Below are positions 17,664-27,248 of a DNA stretch of 64,000 nucleotides, in pieces. The stretch comes from an uncultured virus (IMG/VR IMGVR_UViG_3300044843_001040) (taxonomy: Duplodnaviria; Heunggongvirae; Uroviricota; Caudoviricetes), in the IMG/VR virus record IMGVR_UViG_3300044843_001040, positions 1-64,000 of that record; one strand, 5' to 3'. The notes below the pieces were generated by a model. That model had not been told where the DNA came from. It was given only the letters and a program-made list of their open reading frames with translations, and made no database searches. Every line of letters starts with the position of its first letter. The stretch's first letter is position 1. The position numbers and the translations under genes are program-made.

Positions 17664-18593
17664 ATGCCAACTAATAATCCCCTTCGTTGTTCTTATGCCG
17701 GAATTGCTGCCACTACCGCTTTTGCTGGTAATAAAGTGGTGTTACTAAACACAGGAAATTACCCGGCTGATTCCAGCTTTTTAAACTTTACTGAGAAATG
17801 GTCAGGTACTGACTGGAGTCGACCAATTTCTGCGCTAGGTAGTGGTCCATTACCAACTAGAATTGATATGGCCATGTGTTATGATGGATATAACGCCTTA
17901 ATGTATGGTGGTAAGGGAGAAACTGGTGTCTTAGGAGATACCTGGACTGTTGGCAATGCTAGCGTTTCTTGGACAAAAGAAGCTCCACCAACATCACCCT
18001 TTGCTCGTTATAAAGCTAAATTAGCTTTATTAAACGTGGCGGCCCCAAAAGCAATTATGTTTGGTGGTTGCAATGAAAACAATGTATTAGATGAAACTTG
18101 GCAATGGGATGGTAATTTAAAAACCTGGACGTTATTAGCTCCCGCTGCTAAACCAGCCGCTCGCACTGACTTTATGTTTAGTGGTGGTAATAGCAATTGT
18201 GTATTGTTTGGTGGATTAGGAACGAATGAGATGTTTGGTGATACGTGGTCGTTTAACGGTACTACGTGGACCCAAAACACCCCCACCACTCCCCCTTCTG
18301 CTCGTTATGGTGGTTGTTTAACCTATGACCCTGCCAATAACTTATGGGTTTTATTTGGTGGTGCTAATAACTCTGACGTGTTACCCAGTGAGACTTGGAC
18401 ATTGAATGCTGGTCGTACGGCTTGGACTAAGAGAGCCCCGGCTAATAATCCTCCGGGTCGAGTAGGCGCCATGATGGTGTATGATATTCAATCCAGCCGA
18501 GTTATTCTAACAGGTGGTACTAATGGATACGATGTCGTCTATAATGATACTTGGTCCTTTAATACTACTACGTTTGAATGGACTCAACTATAA
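17664..18593 (+). CDS. Kelch/galactose-oxidase-like beta-propeller protein
   Basis: Repeated P.AR...YD....VLFGG....DTW.F....W blades. Confidence 0.8.
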   Translation: MPTNNPLRCSYAGIAATTAFAGNKVVLLNTGNYPADSSFLNFTEKWSGTDWSRPISALGSGPLPTRIDMAMCYDGYNALMYGGKGETGVLGDTWTVGNASVSWTKEAPPTSPFARYKAKLALLNVAAPKAIMFGGCNENNVLDETWQWDGNLKTWTLLAPAAKPAARTDFMFSGGNSNCVLFGGLGTNEMFGDTWSFNGTTWTQNTPTTPPSARYGGCLTYDPANNLWVLFGGANNSDVLPSETWTLNAGRTAWTKRAPANNPPGRVGAMMVYDIQSSRVILTGGTNGYDVVYNDTWSFNTTTFEWTQL

Positions 18594-18600
18594 TTGATAT

Positions 18601-19266
18601 ATGGGAGATATGCAAAATATCTCCTATTATCTATATCGGATCATCAATCAAGTAAATAATAAAATTTATATTGGTCAAACAAAAAATCCGAAACAAAGGT
18701 GGCGCCGGCATAAAATTGATGCCCGTCACCTTTCTCCATTAATGTTAATTTCTAAAGCTATTAAGAAATATGGGGTAGAAAATTTTACTTTTGAAGTAAT
18801 TGCTACCACAACTAGTTTAAATTTAGCCAATGAGTCAGAAATTGAATTAATTGCTCAATATCAATCGCAAGCACCATTTGGATATAATGCGACTATTGGT
18901 GGTAATAATAAACCAGTGTGTTCTGCATGGAATAAGGGAACTAAAGGTATCATTAAACCTAATAGTGGAAGTTTTAAGCCGGGGCAACCCTCTTGGTTAA
19001 AAGGAAAAATAGGAATTACCCATGGATTTAAAAAAGGACATCAGATTAATGTCGGTAGAAAATTTCCTAATAGGAAAATTCCGGTAGGAGAAAAAACCAG
19101 TCAAGCTAAACTTAAGGGAGAGCAAGTGTTAAAAATAGTGGAATTATATAGAAAAAATTATAGTCAACAACAATTAGCTCAATTATTTAATGTGAGTCGA
19201 GCTGCCATTAAAAAAATTATTACTGGAAAAACTTGGAGTCATATTACGAATATTAATTTACCATAA
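18601..19266 (+). CDS. GIY-YIG homing endonuclease
   Basis: YLYRIINQVNNKIYIGQT...RWRRH...E...GYN; FKPG/FKKG repeats; C-terminal HTH. Confidence 0.88.
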   Translation: MGDMQNISYYLYRIINQVNNKIYIGQTKNPKQRWRRHKIDARHLSPLMLISKAIKKYGVENFTFEVIATTTSLNLANESEIELIAQYQSQAPFGYNATIGGNNKPVCSAWNKGTKGIIKPNSGSFKPGQPSWLKGKIGITHGFKKGHQINVGRKFPNRKIPVGEKTSQAKLKGEQVLKIVELYRKNYSQQQLAQLFNVSRAAIKKIITGKTWSHITNINLP

Positions 19267-19713
19267 AGCTTTTAATTTAACTACTCTCCAATAATCTTCT
19301 TCTGTATATGGTGTACCGTGAAGATACCATTCTTTATACCCATTACTATATTCTATGGCCGGACCATCTTCTCGATGTCGTTGGCCTGATATATACCAAG
19401 CTTTATAGCCATCATCCCAGATGATGGCTGGACCACCTTCTCGATGTTTTTTACCATGAATCCACCATTCTTGACGGCCACTAATAAAGTCTATTGCTGG
19501 ACCATCTGCTCGATGTAATTTATCATAAATCCACCACTCTTGATCACCATTATTACATTCTATAGCTGGTTTATCTTCTCGATGACATTGTCCATGAAAA
19601 TACCAAAATTTGTCTCCATTAAAATATTCTATCGCTGGACCATCTTCTCGATGCAATTCATCATTCCAATAGTATCTTTTAGTCCCAAGTTCATCTATTA
19701 TAATTTCTTGCAT
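19258..19713 (-). CDS. HREDGPA-repeat family protein
   Basis: 5 repeats + YWRVVKLKALW. Confidence 0.85.
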   Translation of the reverse strand: MQEIIIDELGTKRYYWNDELHREDGPAIEYFNGDKFWYFHGQCHREDKPAIECNNGDQEWWIYDKLHRADGPAIDFISGRQEWWIHGKKHREGGPAIIWDDGYKAWYISGQRHREDGPAIEYSNGYKEWYLHGTPYTEEDYWRVVKLKALW

Positions 19714-19716
19714 ACT

Positions 19717-20034
19717 TTACCATAAAACTTTGAGCTTTACTACTCTCCAATAATTTTCTTCAGAATACTGAATATGTCTAATCCACCATTCTTTATGACC
19801 ATTAGCATATTCTACTGCTGGACCATCTTCTCGATGACGTTGACCATGAAACCACCAAGATTTATATCCAGAAATAAATTCTACCGCTGGACCATCTTCT
19901 CGATGATATCGGTCATTAAAATACCATTCTTTATCTCCATTAGCACATTCTACTGCGGGTCCATCTTCTCGATGTAATTCACCATTCCAATAGTATTCTT
20001 TATTGCCGAATTTATCTATCTTAATTTTTTGCAT
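19717..20034 (-). CDS. HREDGPA-repeat family protein
   Basis: 3 repeats + tail; start set at MQKIK (ORF track starts at 20046). Confidence 0.85.
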   Translation of the reverse strand: MQKIKIDKFGNKEYYWNGELHREDGPAVECANGDKEWYFNDRYHREDGPAVEFISGYKSWWFHGQRHREDGPAVEYANGHKEWWIRHIQYSEENYWRVVKLKVLW

Positions 20035-20039
20035 AAATT

Positions 20040-20426
20040 TTACCATAAAGCTTTCAATTTAACCACTCGCCAATATTCTTGCTCTGAATATTGTTTACCT
20101 TGAAGGTACCATTCTTTCATTTTATTAGAATATTCTAGAGCAGGGCCATCTTCTCGATGGCGTTTTCCATGAATCCAATATTCTTTACTACCATCAGCAT
20201 ATTCTATCGCCGGACCGTCTTCTCGATGACGTTGACTATGAAGATACCAATGTTTTCCATCAAGGGAACTATCTATCGCTGGGCCGTCTTCTCTATGCCA
20301 TCGCCCATGACAATACCAATATTTATCCCCATTAATATACTCTATTGCCGGACCGTCTTCTCGATGTATGATACCATTCCAATAATATCTTTTATTACCA
20401 AATTCATCTATTTTAATTTCTTGCAT
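20040..20426 (-). CDS. HREDGPA-repeat family protein
   Basis: 4 repeats + tail. Confidence 0.85.
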   Translation of the reverse strand: MQEIKIDEFGNKRYYWNGIIHREDGPAIEYINGDKYWYCHGRWHREDGPAIDSSLDGKHWYLHSQRHREDGPAIEYADGSKEYWIHGKRHREDGPALEYSNKMKEWYLQGKQYSEQEYWRVVKLKALW

Positions 20427-20429
20427 ACT

Positions 20430-20816
20430 TTACCACAAAGCTTGTAATTTAACCACTCTCCAATAGTCTTCTTCTGAATATGGCGTACCGTGAAGGTACC
20501 AAGATTTATCTCCATTAGCATATTCGATAGCCGGGCCATCTTCTCGATGGAAAAGACCATGAAGACACCATATTTTACTTCCATCAGCATATTCTCTGGC
20601 CGGGCCATCTTCTCGGTGGTACTTTCCATAAAAATACCACTCTTTAGATCCATTATTATATTCTAGGGCTGGACCATCTTTTCGATGGAGTTGATTATGA
20701 AAATACCACTCTTTAGTTCCATTAGGCCATTCTATGGCTGGACCATCTTCTCGATGCAGCTAACCATTCCAATAATATCTTTTAGTTCCATCTTTATCTA
20801 TCTTAATTTCTTGCAT
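20430..20816 (-). pseudogene. HREDGPA-repeat paralog with a single in-frame TAG
   Basis: MQEIKIDKDGTKRYYWNG*LHREDGPA...; TAG at 20760-20762 where paralogs often have Gln; rest of frame open to ...KLQALW. Confidence 0.8.
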
Positions 20817-20819
20817 ACT

Positions 20820-21134
20820 TCACCATAAAGCTTTTAATTTAACTAGCCGCCAATATTCTTCTTCTGTATATTGTTTACCTTGAAGGTACCACTCTTTATC
20901 TCCATTAGACCATTCTATGGCTGGTCCATCTTCTCGATGTCGTTGACCATGAAGATACCAATATTTAGTTCCATTAGCATATTCTACGGCTGGTCTATCT
21001 TCTCGATGACGAGAGCCATGAAGATACCAATGTTCATCGCCATTAAAAAATTTTATCGCAGGGCCATCTTCTCGATGGAGACGATCACTCCAATAATAAT
21101 ATTTTCCCCAGTGATCTTCTTTAATTTCTTGCAT
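20820..21134 (-). CDS. HREDGPA-repeat family protein
   Basis: 3 repeats + tail. Confidence 0.85.
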   Translation of the reverse strand: MQEIKEDHWGKYYYWSDRLHREDGPAIKFFNGDEHWYLHGSRHREDRPAVEYANGTKYWYLHGQRHREDGPAIEWSNGDKEWYLQGKQYTEEEYWRLVKLKALW

Positions 21135-21138
21135 AACT

Positions 21139-21456
21139 TCACCATAAAGTTTTTAATTTAACCACTCGCCAATAGTCTTCTTCTGAATATTGTTTATCAT
21201 TAATAAACCAAGCTTTAAAACCGCTAGAATATTCGGCTGCTGGCCCATCTTCTCGATGTCGTTGACCATGAAGATACCAAGCTTTACTGCCATCAGACCA
21301 TTCTATGGCGGGGCCTCCTTCTCGATGACGTTGATCGTTAAAATACCATTCTTGAGAACCATCTGCAAACTCGATGGCTGGACCATCTTCTCGATGGAGA
21401 TGGTCATCCTCGAAATAGAGAATCTTATTGCTAAATCGTATTATTTCTTTTGCCAT
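21139..21456 (-). CDS. HREDGPA-repeat family protein
   Basis: 3 repeats + tail. Confidence 0.85.
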   Translation of the reverse strand: MAKEIIRFSNKILYFEDDHLHREDGPAIEFADGSQEWYFNDQRHREGGPAIEWSDGSKAWYLHGQRHREDGPAAEYSSGFKAWFINDKQYSEEDYWRVVKLKTLW

Positions 21457-21485
21457 AATTATGCCACTAAAATCACATTAATTTT

Positions 21486-22751
21486 GTCAATTATCACCAG
21501 CACAAGGCTGGTGGCTTGTAAGTAGCTTCGCTGCTCTTACCATAGGCTGATTGACTTCAGCCCCATTAAATAACATATAGTCATCTAATGCTCGTCTGCT
21601 AATATTTCTACTAGCATTTAAGTCTGCATTTAGTTTAAATCCACATTGTTGACAACAAAAACTAACCTGAGTCTTCCTGTTTTTCTTCTCAGTAAACCCG
21701 CATTTACTACATTGTTGACTGGTATAAGCAGGATTAACATGGACTACTTGTATGCCTTTTGCCTGACCTTTATAGGTTAGGAACTGCTCTAGTTGATAAT
21801 AATTCCAACTATTCAAGGCTGATCTTTGAGGTTTTCTCATACGTGATCTTCTAATACCAATTAACTTTTCTAGTACTACGGTATCACCTGGATTTAAACT
21901 ATTAATAATCTGTTTACTAATCTGATGGTTAATGTCTGCTTTAAACCGTTTTTCTTTACCTGAAAGGTTTCTAAGATGCCTTTTAGCAGATGGACTACCA
22001 ACTTTCTGTAATTTTCTCCTTAATGCTTTATACTTGTGACATATTGACTTAAGTTTACTTCCGCAATAAAACTTATTATCTGAAGTAACGGCTAACTTTT
22101 TGATACCTCGATCAACTCCTAAAAACTTACCATTAACCTTTACGTCTTCTCTTTCTTTCTCAAAAGAGATATGCAAATAGATAGTATTCTTCTTAATCAG
22201 AAGGTCAGCACTAGTATACTTCCAATCAGTAAAATAATGCTGATAATACTGAGGAATATCTAGCTTAATTTTCTTTCTACCAGCAATAGTCAGAATAGAC
22301 ACAACTCCAGATTTAGAGATAGAGTAGCTATTACAATCTAGTCGAATGGCAGCTAACTTTGACTGTGGACATTTGCTATACTTATTTTTAGCTTTAATGC
22401 TTTTAAGAGCTTCTGCGGCTTTAGTTCTAGCAGAAATTGCTAATTGAGATGGTAAGTTAAAGTTAGTTCGACAGTCTTGGTAAGTTAGCTTATGTAGTTT
22501 AATAGAATTAGTTATTTTGCTCTTGTAACCTATTTGACAGACAAGATTAAAAGCAGCAGTATAAGCTTGCAGTGAAGGTAGAATTTCTTCTGCCTTGACA
22601 TCAAGTTTTAGTTTGACCGTTCTATATAACCTCATATGTAGTGATATATCAATATATAGGAATTTTTGTGTAACCTAAAAATTTATTTAGATAGCAGAAA
22701 GGAGAGGCAATTCCTCCCTCAGCACAAGGCTGAGGGTGTCCTTGCCTAAAG
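21486..22751 (-). mobile_element. TnpB-only IS200/IS605-family element
   Basis: Both ends carry CAGC-CTTGT-GCTG hairpins; right end ...ATAATTGAC; left boundary approximate. Confidence 0.78.
21487..22635 (-). CDS. tnpB: TnpB RNA-guided endonuclease
   Basis: LGVDRGI, VLEKL, PAYTSQQCSKCG, CQQCG, NADLNASRNI. Confidence 0.92.
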   Translation of the reverse strand: MRLYRTVKLKLDVKAEEILPSLQAYTAAFNLVCQIGYKSKITNSIKLHKLTYQDCRTNFNLPSQLAISARTKAAEALKSIKAKNKYSKCPQSKLAAIRLDCNSYSISKSGVVSILTIAGRKKIKLDIPQYYQHYFTDWKYTSADLLIKKNTIYLHISFEKEREDVKVNGKFLGVDRGIKKLAVTSDNKFYCGSKLKSICHKYKALRRKLQKVGSPSAKRHLRNLSGKEKRFKADINHQISKQIINSLNPGDTVVLEKLIGIRRSRMRKPQRSALNSWNYYQLEQFLTYKGQAKGIQVVHVNPAYTSQQCSKCGFTEKKNRKTQVSFCCQQCGFKLNADLNASRNISRRALDDYMLFNGAEVNQPMVRAAKLLTSHQPCAGDN

Positions 22752-22754
22752 ATC

Positions 22755-23147
22755 ATGAAAAAAGCCACTCTTCAACTAGTTAAACAAGCTAATAAATTAT
22801 TAAAAAAATATGCTGATATTGATGCTAATGAAATGAAACAAGAAATAGCAGATTATATTAAGCAACAAGTAGCTAATGCTTCTACTAGTACCGAAACTAG
22901 TGGTGTTATGCCTTTTGTTAGTATGTTACAAGAGGATGGAGCCACATTGGCTATTAATGTAGTCAGAGACGGTAATAAAATTAAAGTTTCTTATCCAGCA
23001 GTAGCTCCTAGCCATTTAACAGATAAGTACTCTCCATTATCTAATCAAATTAGAAATTATCTGCAAAGAAATTTAGAATTATTTGGAACCGTTAAAAATG
23101 GCGAAGATATTGATTATGATGATTTTACGTTTACATTAAATTATTAA
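22755..23147 (+). CDS. Hypothetical protein
   Basis: ORF starting 3 nt from the IS end. Confidence 0.65.
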   Translation: MKKATLQLVKQANKLLKKYADIDANEMKQEIADYIKQQVANASTSTETSGVMPFVSMLQEDGATLAINVVRDGNKIKVSYPAVAPSHLTDKYSPLSNQIRNYLQRNLELFGTVKNGEDIDYDDFTFTLNY

Positions 23148-23510
23148 TCACCATAAAGCTTGTAATTTTAGCGATCTATCAAATTCTTCTTGAGAAGAAG
23201 AAGTGACAAATTTGCCTTTAAACCACCATTCTTTCCGGCCAGAAACATGTTCTATGGCTGGTCCGTCTTCTCGATGAAGAAGATCATGACAATACCACTC
23301 TTGATTACCATTATCATAGATAATGGCTGGCCCATCCATACGATGGAGTTGACCGTAATTAAACCACATTTGAGAGCCATTAGCTCGCTCAATAGCTGGA
23401 CCATTTTCTCGATGAAGAGTACTATTGAATAGCCAATATTTATCTCCTTCGTTATCCATCAGCAAGAAATAAGATTTATTATCTTCTATAATAGTTTTCG
23501 TCTGATACAT
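23148..23510 (-). CDS. HREDGPA-repeat family protein (divergent tail FDRSLKLQALW)
   Basis: 3 repeats + variant tail. Confidence 0.85.
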   Translation of the reverse strand: MYQTKTIIEDNKSYFLLMDNEGDKYWLFNSTLHRENGPAIERANGSQMWFNYGQLHRMDGPAIIYDNGNQEWYCHDLLHREDGPAIEHVSGRKEWWFKGKFVTSSSQEEFDRSLKLQALW

Positions 23511-23513
23511 AAT

Positions 23514-24047
23514 TTACCAAAATAATTTTAATTTTAAATAGCGCTGAAAATCTAATTGACAAGAGACTGGTATTTTAACGTCGCAGTAAAACCATCTTTT
23601 ACTTCCATCAAAAGATTCTACTGCTGGACCATCTTCTCGATGAAGTTTTCCATGACGATACCATTCTTTATATCCATCAGCCAGTTCTACTGCTGGACCA
23701 TCTTCTCGATGAAGTTTTCCATGACGATACCATTCTTTACTTCCATCAAAAGATTCTACTGCTGGACCACCTTCTCGATGTCTTTTGCCATGAATCCACC
23801 ATTGTTTATCTCCATTAGAATATTCTATGGCTGGACCATCTTCTCGATGTAATTGCCCCTTAACCCACCATTCTTTAGCTCCACTAATACGATCTATGGC
23901 TGGACCATCTTCTCGATGTCGTTGACCATGAATCCACCATTCTTTACTACCATTAGCATATTCTAGGGCTGGACCATCTTCTCGATGTAGATCACCTTTC
24001 AAAAAATATTTTTTGGTCCCCAATTTGTCGATTTTAATTTTTTGCAT
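23514..24047 (-). CDS. HREDGPA-repeat family protein (6 repeats, tail FQRYLKLKLFW)
   Basis: Contains identical internal nucleotide duplications. Confidence 0.85.
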   Translation of the reverse strand: MQKIKIDKLGTKKYFLKGDLHREDGPALEYANGSKEWWIHGQRHREDGPAIDRISGAKEWWVKGQLHREDGPAIEYSNGDKQWWIHGKRHREGGPAVESFDGSKEWYRHGKLHREDGPAVELADGYKEWYRHGKLHREDGPAVESFDGSKRWFYCDVKIPVSCQLDFQRYLKLKLFW

Positions 24048-24050
24048 ACT

Positions 24051-24440
24051 TTACCATAAAGCTTGTAACTTTACTACTCTCCAATAATCTTCTTCTGAAT
24101 ATTTTTGACCGTTAAGATACCATTCTTTAGTTCCAGCAGATCCTTTAATTGAATTAACACCATATTCTATCGCATCGTGAAGATACCACTCTTTACCTCC
24201 ATTAAGATATTCTATTGCTGGACCATCTGTTCGATGTAATTTACCATGAAACCACCATTGTTTACAATCATTAGGATGTTCTATGGCAGGACCATCTTCT
24301 CGATGTCGTTGACCATGAAGATACCAATCTTTTCTACCATCTTTATATTCTATAGCAGGACCATCTTCTCTATGTAACTGACCATTATAAGAATAATATA
24401 TATTACCAAATTGATTTACAATTGTTTGCATAATTACCAC
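24051..24440 (-). CDS. HREDGPA-repeat family protein
   Basis: 3 repeats, one degenerate unit, tail. Confidence 0.85.
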   Translation of the reverse strand: MVIMQTIVNQFGNIYYSYNGQLHREDGPAIEYKDGRKDWYLHGQRHREDGPAIEHPNDCKQWWFHGKLHRTDGPAIEYLNGGKEWYLHDAIEYGVNSIKGSAGTKEWYLNGQKYSEEDYWRVVKLQALW

Positions 24441-24679
24441 AAAGCTTTGAGCTTAACTACTCGCCAATATTCTTTTTCTGAATATTGTTTACCTTGAAGC
24501 CACCACTCTTTAAGCCCACTAAAATGTTGTATAGCTGGACCATCTTCTCGATGACGCTGATCATGAAGATACCAAAATTTACTTCCATCAGTATATTCTA
24601 TGGCAGGACCATCTTCTCGATGTAATTGGCCATTCCAATAATAAGATTTACCCCAGCGGTCTGTTTTAATTTCCTGCAT
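24434..24679 (-). CDS. HREDGPA-repeat family protein
   Basis: 2 repeats + tail. Confidence 0.85.
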   Translation of the reverse strand: MQEIKTDRWGKSYYWNGQLHREDGPAIEYTDGSKFWYLHDQRHREDGPAIQHFSGLKEWWLQGKQYSEKEYWRVVKLKALW

Positions 24680-24683
24680 AACT

Positions 24684-25001
24684 TTACCACAAAGCTTTCA
24701 ATTTAACTAATCTCCAATACTCTTCTTCTGTATATTCTTTGCCTTGAATATAGAATCCTGTGAAGCCACAAGGTGATTCAAATGCTGGGCCATCTATTCG
24801 ATGTCGTTGACCATGATAATACCAAACTTTAATTCCAGTGCTATGCTCCATCGCAGGAGCATTTTCTCGATGCAATTGACCATGCATCCACCACTCTTTA
24901 GAACCATTAGGCCATTCTATAGCTGGACCATCTTCTCGATGTATCTGACTATTCCAATAATATTTTTTAGTCCCATCTCCATCTATTTTAATTTCTTGCA
25001 T
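24684..25001 (-). CDS. HREDGPA-repeat family protein
   Basis: 3 repeats + tail. Confidence 0.85.
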   Translation of the reverse strand: MQEIKIDGDGTKKYYWNSQIHREDGPAIEWPNGSKEWWMHGQLHRENAPAMEHSTGIKVWYYHGQRHRIDGPAFESPCGFTGFYIQGKEYTEEEYWRLVKLKALW

Positions 25002-25002
25002 A

Positions 25003-25323
25003 CTATTGCCATAACGCTTTCAATTTAACCACTCGCCAATAGTCTTCTTCAGAGTATTCTTTATTTTGAAGAAACCACCATTTTACTCCATTGATATAAT
25101 CCATGGCCGGACCATCTTCTCGATGATGTCGACCATGAATAAGCCATTCTTTGGATCCATCAGACCATTCGATAGCTGGGCCATCTTCTCGATGAAGAAT
25201 ACCATTCCAATAATATTCTTTGGTTCCAGAAATAAACTCTACTGCTGGGCCATCTTCTCGATGTTTTTGACCATTATAGTAATAAAATTTATTATCCTCT
25301 TGATCTATTTTCACTTTTTGCAT
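25003..25323 (-). CDS. HREDGPA-repeat family protein
   Basis: 3 repeats + tail (ALWQ). Confidence 0.85.
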   Translation of the reverse strand: MQKVKIDQEDNKFYYYNGQKHREDGPAVEFISGTKEYYWNGILHREDGPAIEWSDGSKEWLIHGRHHREDGPAMDYINGVKWWFLQNKEYSEEDYWRVVKLKALWQ

Positions 25324-25327
25324 AAAT

Positions 25328-25846
25328 TTACCATAAAGCTTTTAATTTCACCACTCTCCAATATTCTTCTCCTGAATAGATTTTATCTTGAAGATACCAC
25401 AATTTAATTCCATTAGCATATTCTATAGCCGGACCATCTTCTCGATGTAATTTGCCGTGATACCACCACTCTTTAGCTCCACTAGAATATTCAATAGCAG
25501 GGCCATCTTCTCGATGAAGACGTCCATTAAAATACCAGACTTTATTATCCGGGCTTTCTAAGGCTGGACCATCTATTCGATGGAGTTGACCATGAAGCCA
25601 CCATTGTTTATCCCCATTAGCTACTTCTACCGCTGGACCGCCCTCTCGATGGCATTGACTATAGAGATGCCATTCTTTGGATCCACTCTCCCACTCTATA
25701 GCTGGACCGTTTTCTCGATGTCGTTGACCATGAATCCACCATTGCTTATGGCCCTCAGACCATTCTGCCGCTGGACCATCTTCTCGATGGAGTTGACCAT
25801 TCCAATAATAGCATTTACTAAATTCATCTTCTTTAATTTCTTGCAT
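25328..25846 (-). CDS. HREDGPA-repeat family protein
   Basis: 6 repeats + tail. Confidence 0.85.
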   Translation of the reverse strand: MQEIKEDEFSKCYYWNGQLHREDGPAAEWSEGHKQWWIHGQRHRENGPAIEWESGSKEWHLYSQCHREGGPAVEVANGDKQWWLHGQLHRIDGPALESPDNKVWYFNGRLHREDGPAIEYSSGAKEWWYHGKLHREDGPAIEYANGIKLWYLQDKIYSGEEYWRVVKLKALW

Positions 25847-25970
25847 ATTAACCTCGATAAATTATCGAAACACAATTTTTCGTCTTTCAGTCCTAAAAGG
25901 AATGAATTCTGGAGATAAATAATTTGCCTGTCCCAATAATTTTTGTTCTCGCCTCACCAGACGCAAAGAT

Positions 25971-26483
25971 TCATTTATTTTTTCTTCGATGATCTCGAAA
26001 GGTTCCAAATAATTTGTCGGCCCAAAAAGAGAAAATTCCATAATTAATTTGCATATTTACATGATGTAAGTAATGTAAATAACTCCACTTTCTATATATA
26101 GTGTAGATTACGGGAATTTTCCCCAACCAATGATTTTTAATATGAAAAGCATCATGTAAGTAATTGTGAGCTAGTCCAGTCAGTATCTGTACGCTCCAAA
26201 TAATAAGTACTAAATAACATGAGATTAACCCTAAGAAATATAAAATAAGTGGCAAGATCACTAGCGGGAGGGCGGCAATAATAAAAAACTTGGGAGCCGC
26301 ATCTTTACCTGCATGACGATAGGTGCTAGAAACATAATCATGAGCTGGATATAACCTTTGATGATGAGTCATATGAGCCTGATGAGCTTCTTTCATCCAG
26401 GTTTGATGTAACGCCCAATGAAAACCATATCCAAAAAGTAAAGTGGTAATATATGATATAATTATAGTTAACACTATTAACAT
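25971..26483 (-). CDS. Fatty acid hydroxylase / sterol desaturase superfamily membrane protein
   Basis: His boxes HWALH, HMTHH, HNYLHDAFH, HYLHH, then NYG...W.D.LFGT; hydrophobic helices. Confidence 0.8.
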   Translation of the reverse strand: MLIVLTIIISYITTLLFGYGFHWALHQTWMKEAHQAHMTHHQRLYPAHDYVSSTYRHAGKDAAPKFFIIAALPLVILPLILYFLGLISCYLVLIIWSVQILTGLAHNYLHDAFHIKNHWLGKIPVIYTIYRKWSYLHYLHHVNMQINYGIFSFWADKLFGTFRDHRRKNK

Positions 26484-26500
26484 AATTATATGTTAAGATA

Positions 26501-26701
26501 TTAGATTAGAAATGGCCTGCCAGAAATTAAATCATCTAAAGAGATAGAAAATTTTACTAAATCTTTGGCCTGATCAGCTAAGCCTAGATCAGAAAATTCT
26601 GAGGCTTGCTCTAATGCTAATTGAGATAAAGAAACCATTATTTCCTGTGGAGAATAATTCTTAAATAAATCTCGTAACTTATCTTGATCTATAGGCGACA
26701 T
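26501..26701 (-). CDS. Hypothetical protein
   Basis: GGAG SD, ORF in run. Confidence 0.6.
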   Translation of the reverse strand: MSPIDQDKLRDLFKNYSPQEIMVSLSQLALEQASEFSDLGLADQAKDLVKFSISLDDLISGRPFLI

Positions 26702-26716
26702 CTTTTGGCTCCAATA

Positions 26717-26739
26717 AAAAAGCGACCCGCAGGTCGCTT
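26717..26739 (-). terminator. Rho-independent terminator
   Basis: AAGCGACC-TGCG-GGTCGCTT hairpin followed by a T run on the minus strand, downstream of ORF 26763. Confidence 0.65.
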
Positions 26740-26762
26740 AGTGTTTAGTTAAGTGATAAGAT

Positions 26763-27122
26763 TCAGTTTAATTCTAACTGCGAATTATTTTCATATTCCG
26801 AAATCAAATGAATACATTCTTCAGCTTGCGCAACTGCATCACCGAAATACGCATTTTTAGAAACAGAGGATAAAAAACTCTTAATAAAAGGTAATGATTT
26901 TTGATTAACAATTCCGCTTTTAATTGACTCCTCTACTCCCAAATCTAGGATATTTTCAATTTGATTTTGAATTTGCCAACCAAGTTTATTAAACTCTTTG
27001 CAAATAGCAATAATATCGGAAATATCTAAAGGAATAGAAAACTCTTCATCTTGATCAGTGACAGCAACATTATTAATTAATGTTAAGTTATCTAAATTTT
27101 GAGCAGTCATATGCAACTCCAT
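26763..27122 (-). CDS. Hypothetical protein
   Basis: ORF; true start may be ATG 27110. Confidence 0.65.
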   Translation of the reverse strand: MELHMTAQNLDNLTLINNVAVTDQDEEFSIPLDISDIIAICKEFNKLGWQIQNQIENILDLGVEESIKSGIVNQKSLPFIKSFLSSVSKNAYFGDAVAQAEECIHLISEYENNSQLELN

Positions 27123-27248
27123 GTCTCTGGATATGTTAGGTAGCCAACTACCTAACTCCTACTAAAGCGGTTTTGTTAATTAAAAATTGTTAATTACCTC
27201 CTAGACGTATATATTATATGTGATTTTATTGGTTTTTAACCCAAAAAA

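Noticed and set aside
20408..20653. 81 aa minus-strand ORF MDLKSG...
   Set aside because: Alternative frame within the TAG-interrupted HREDGPA paralog.
20760..20762. Stop-codon reassignment (TAG to Gln)
   Set aside because: Only one in-frame TAG was seen; long conserved genes are uninterrupted in the standard code and TAG terminates several genes at sensible positions (38456, 51823, 55484).
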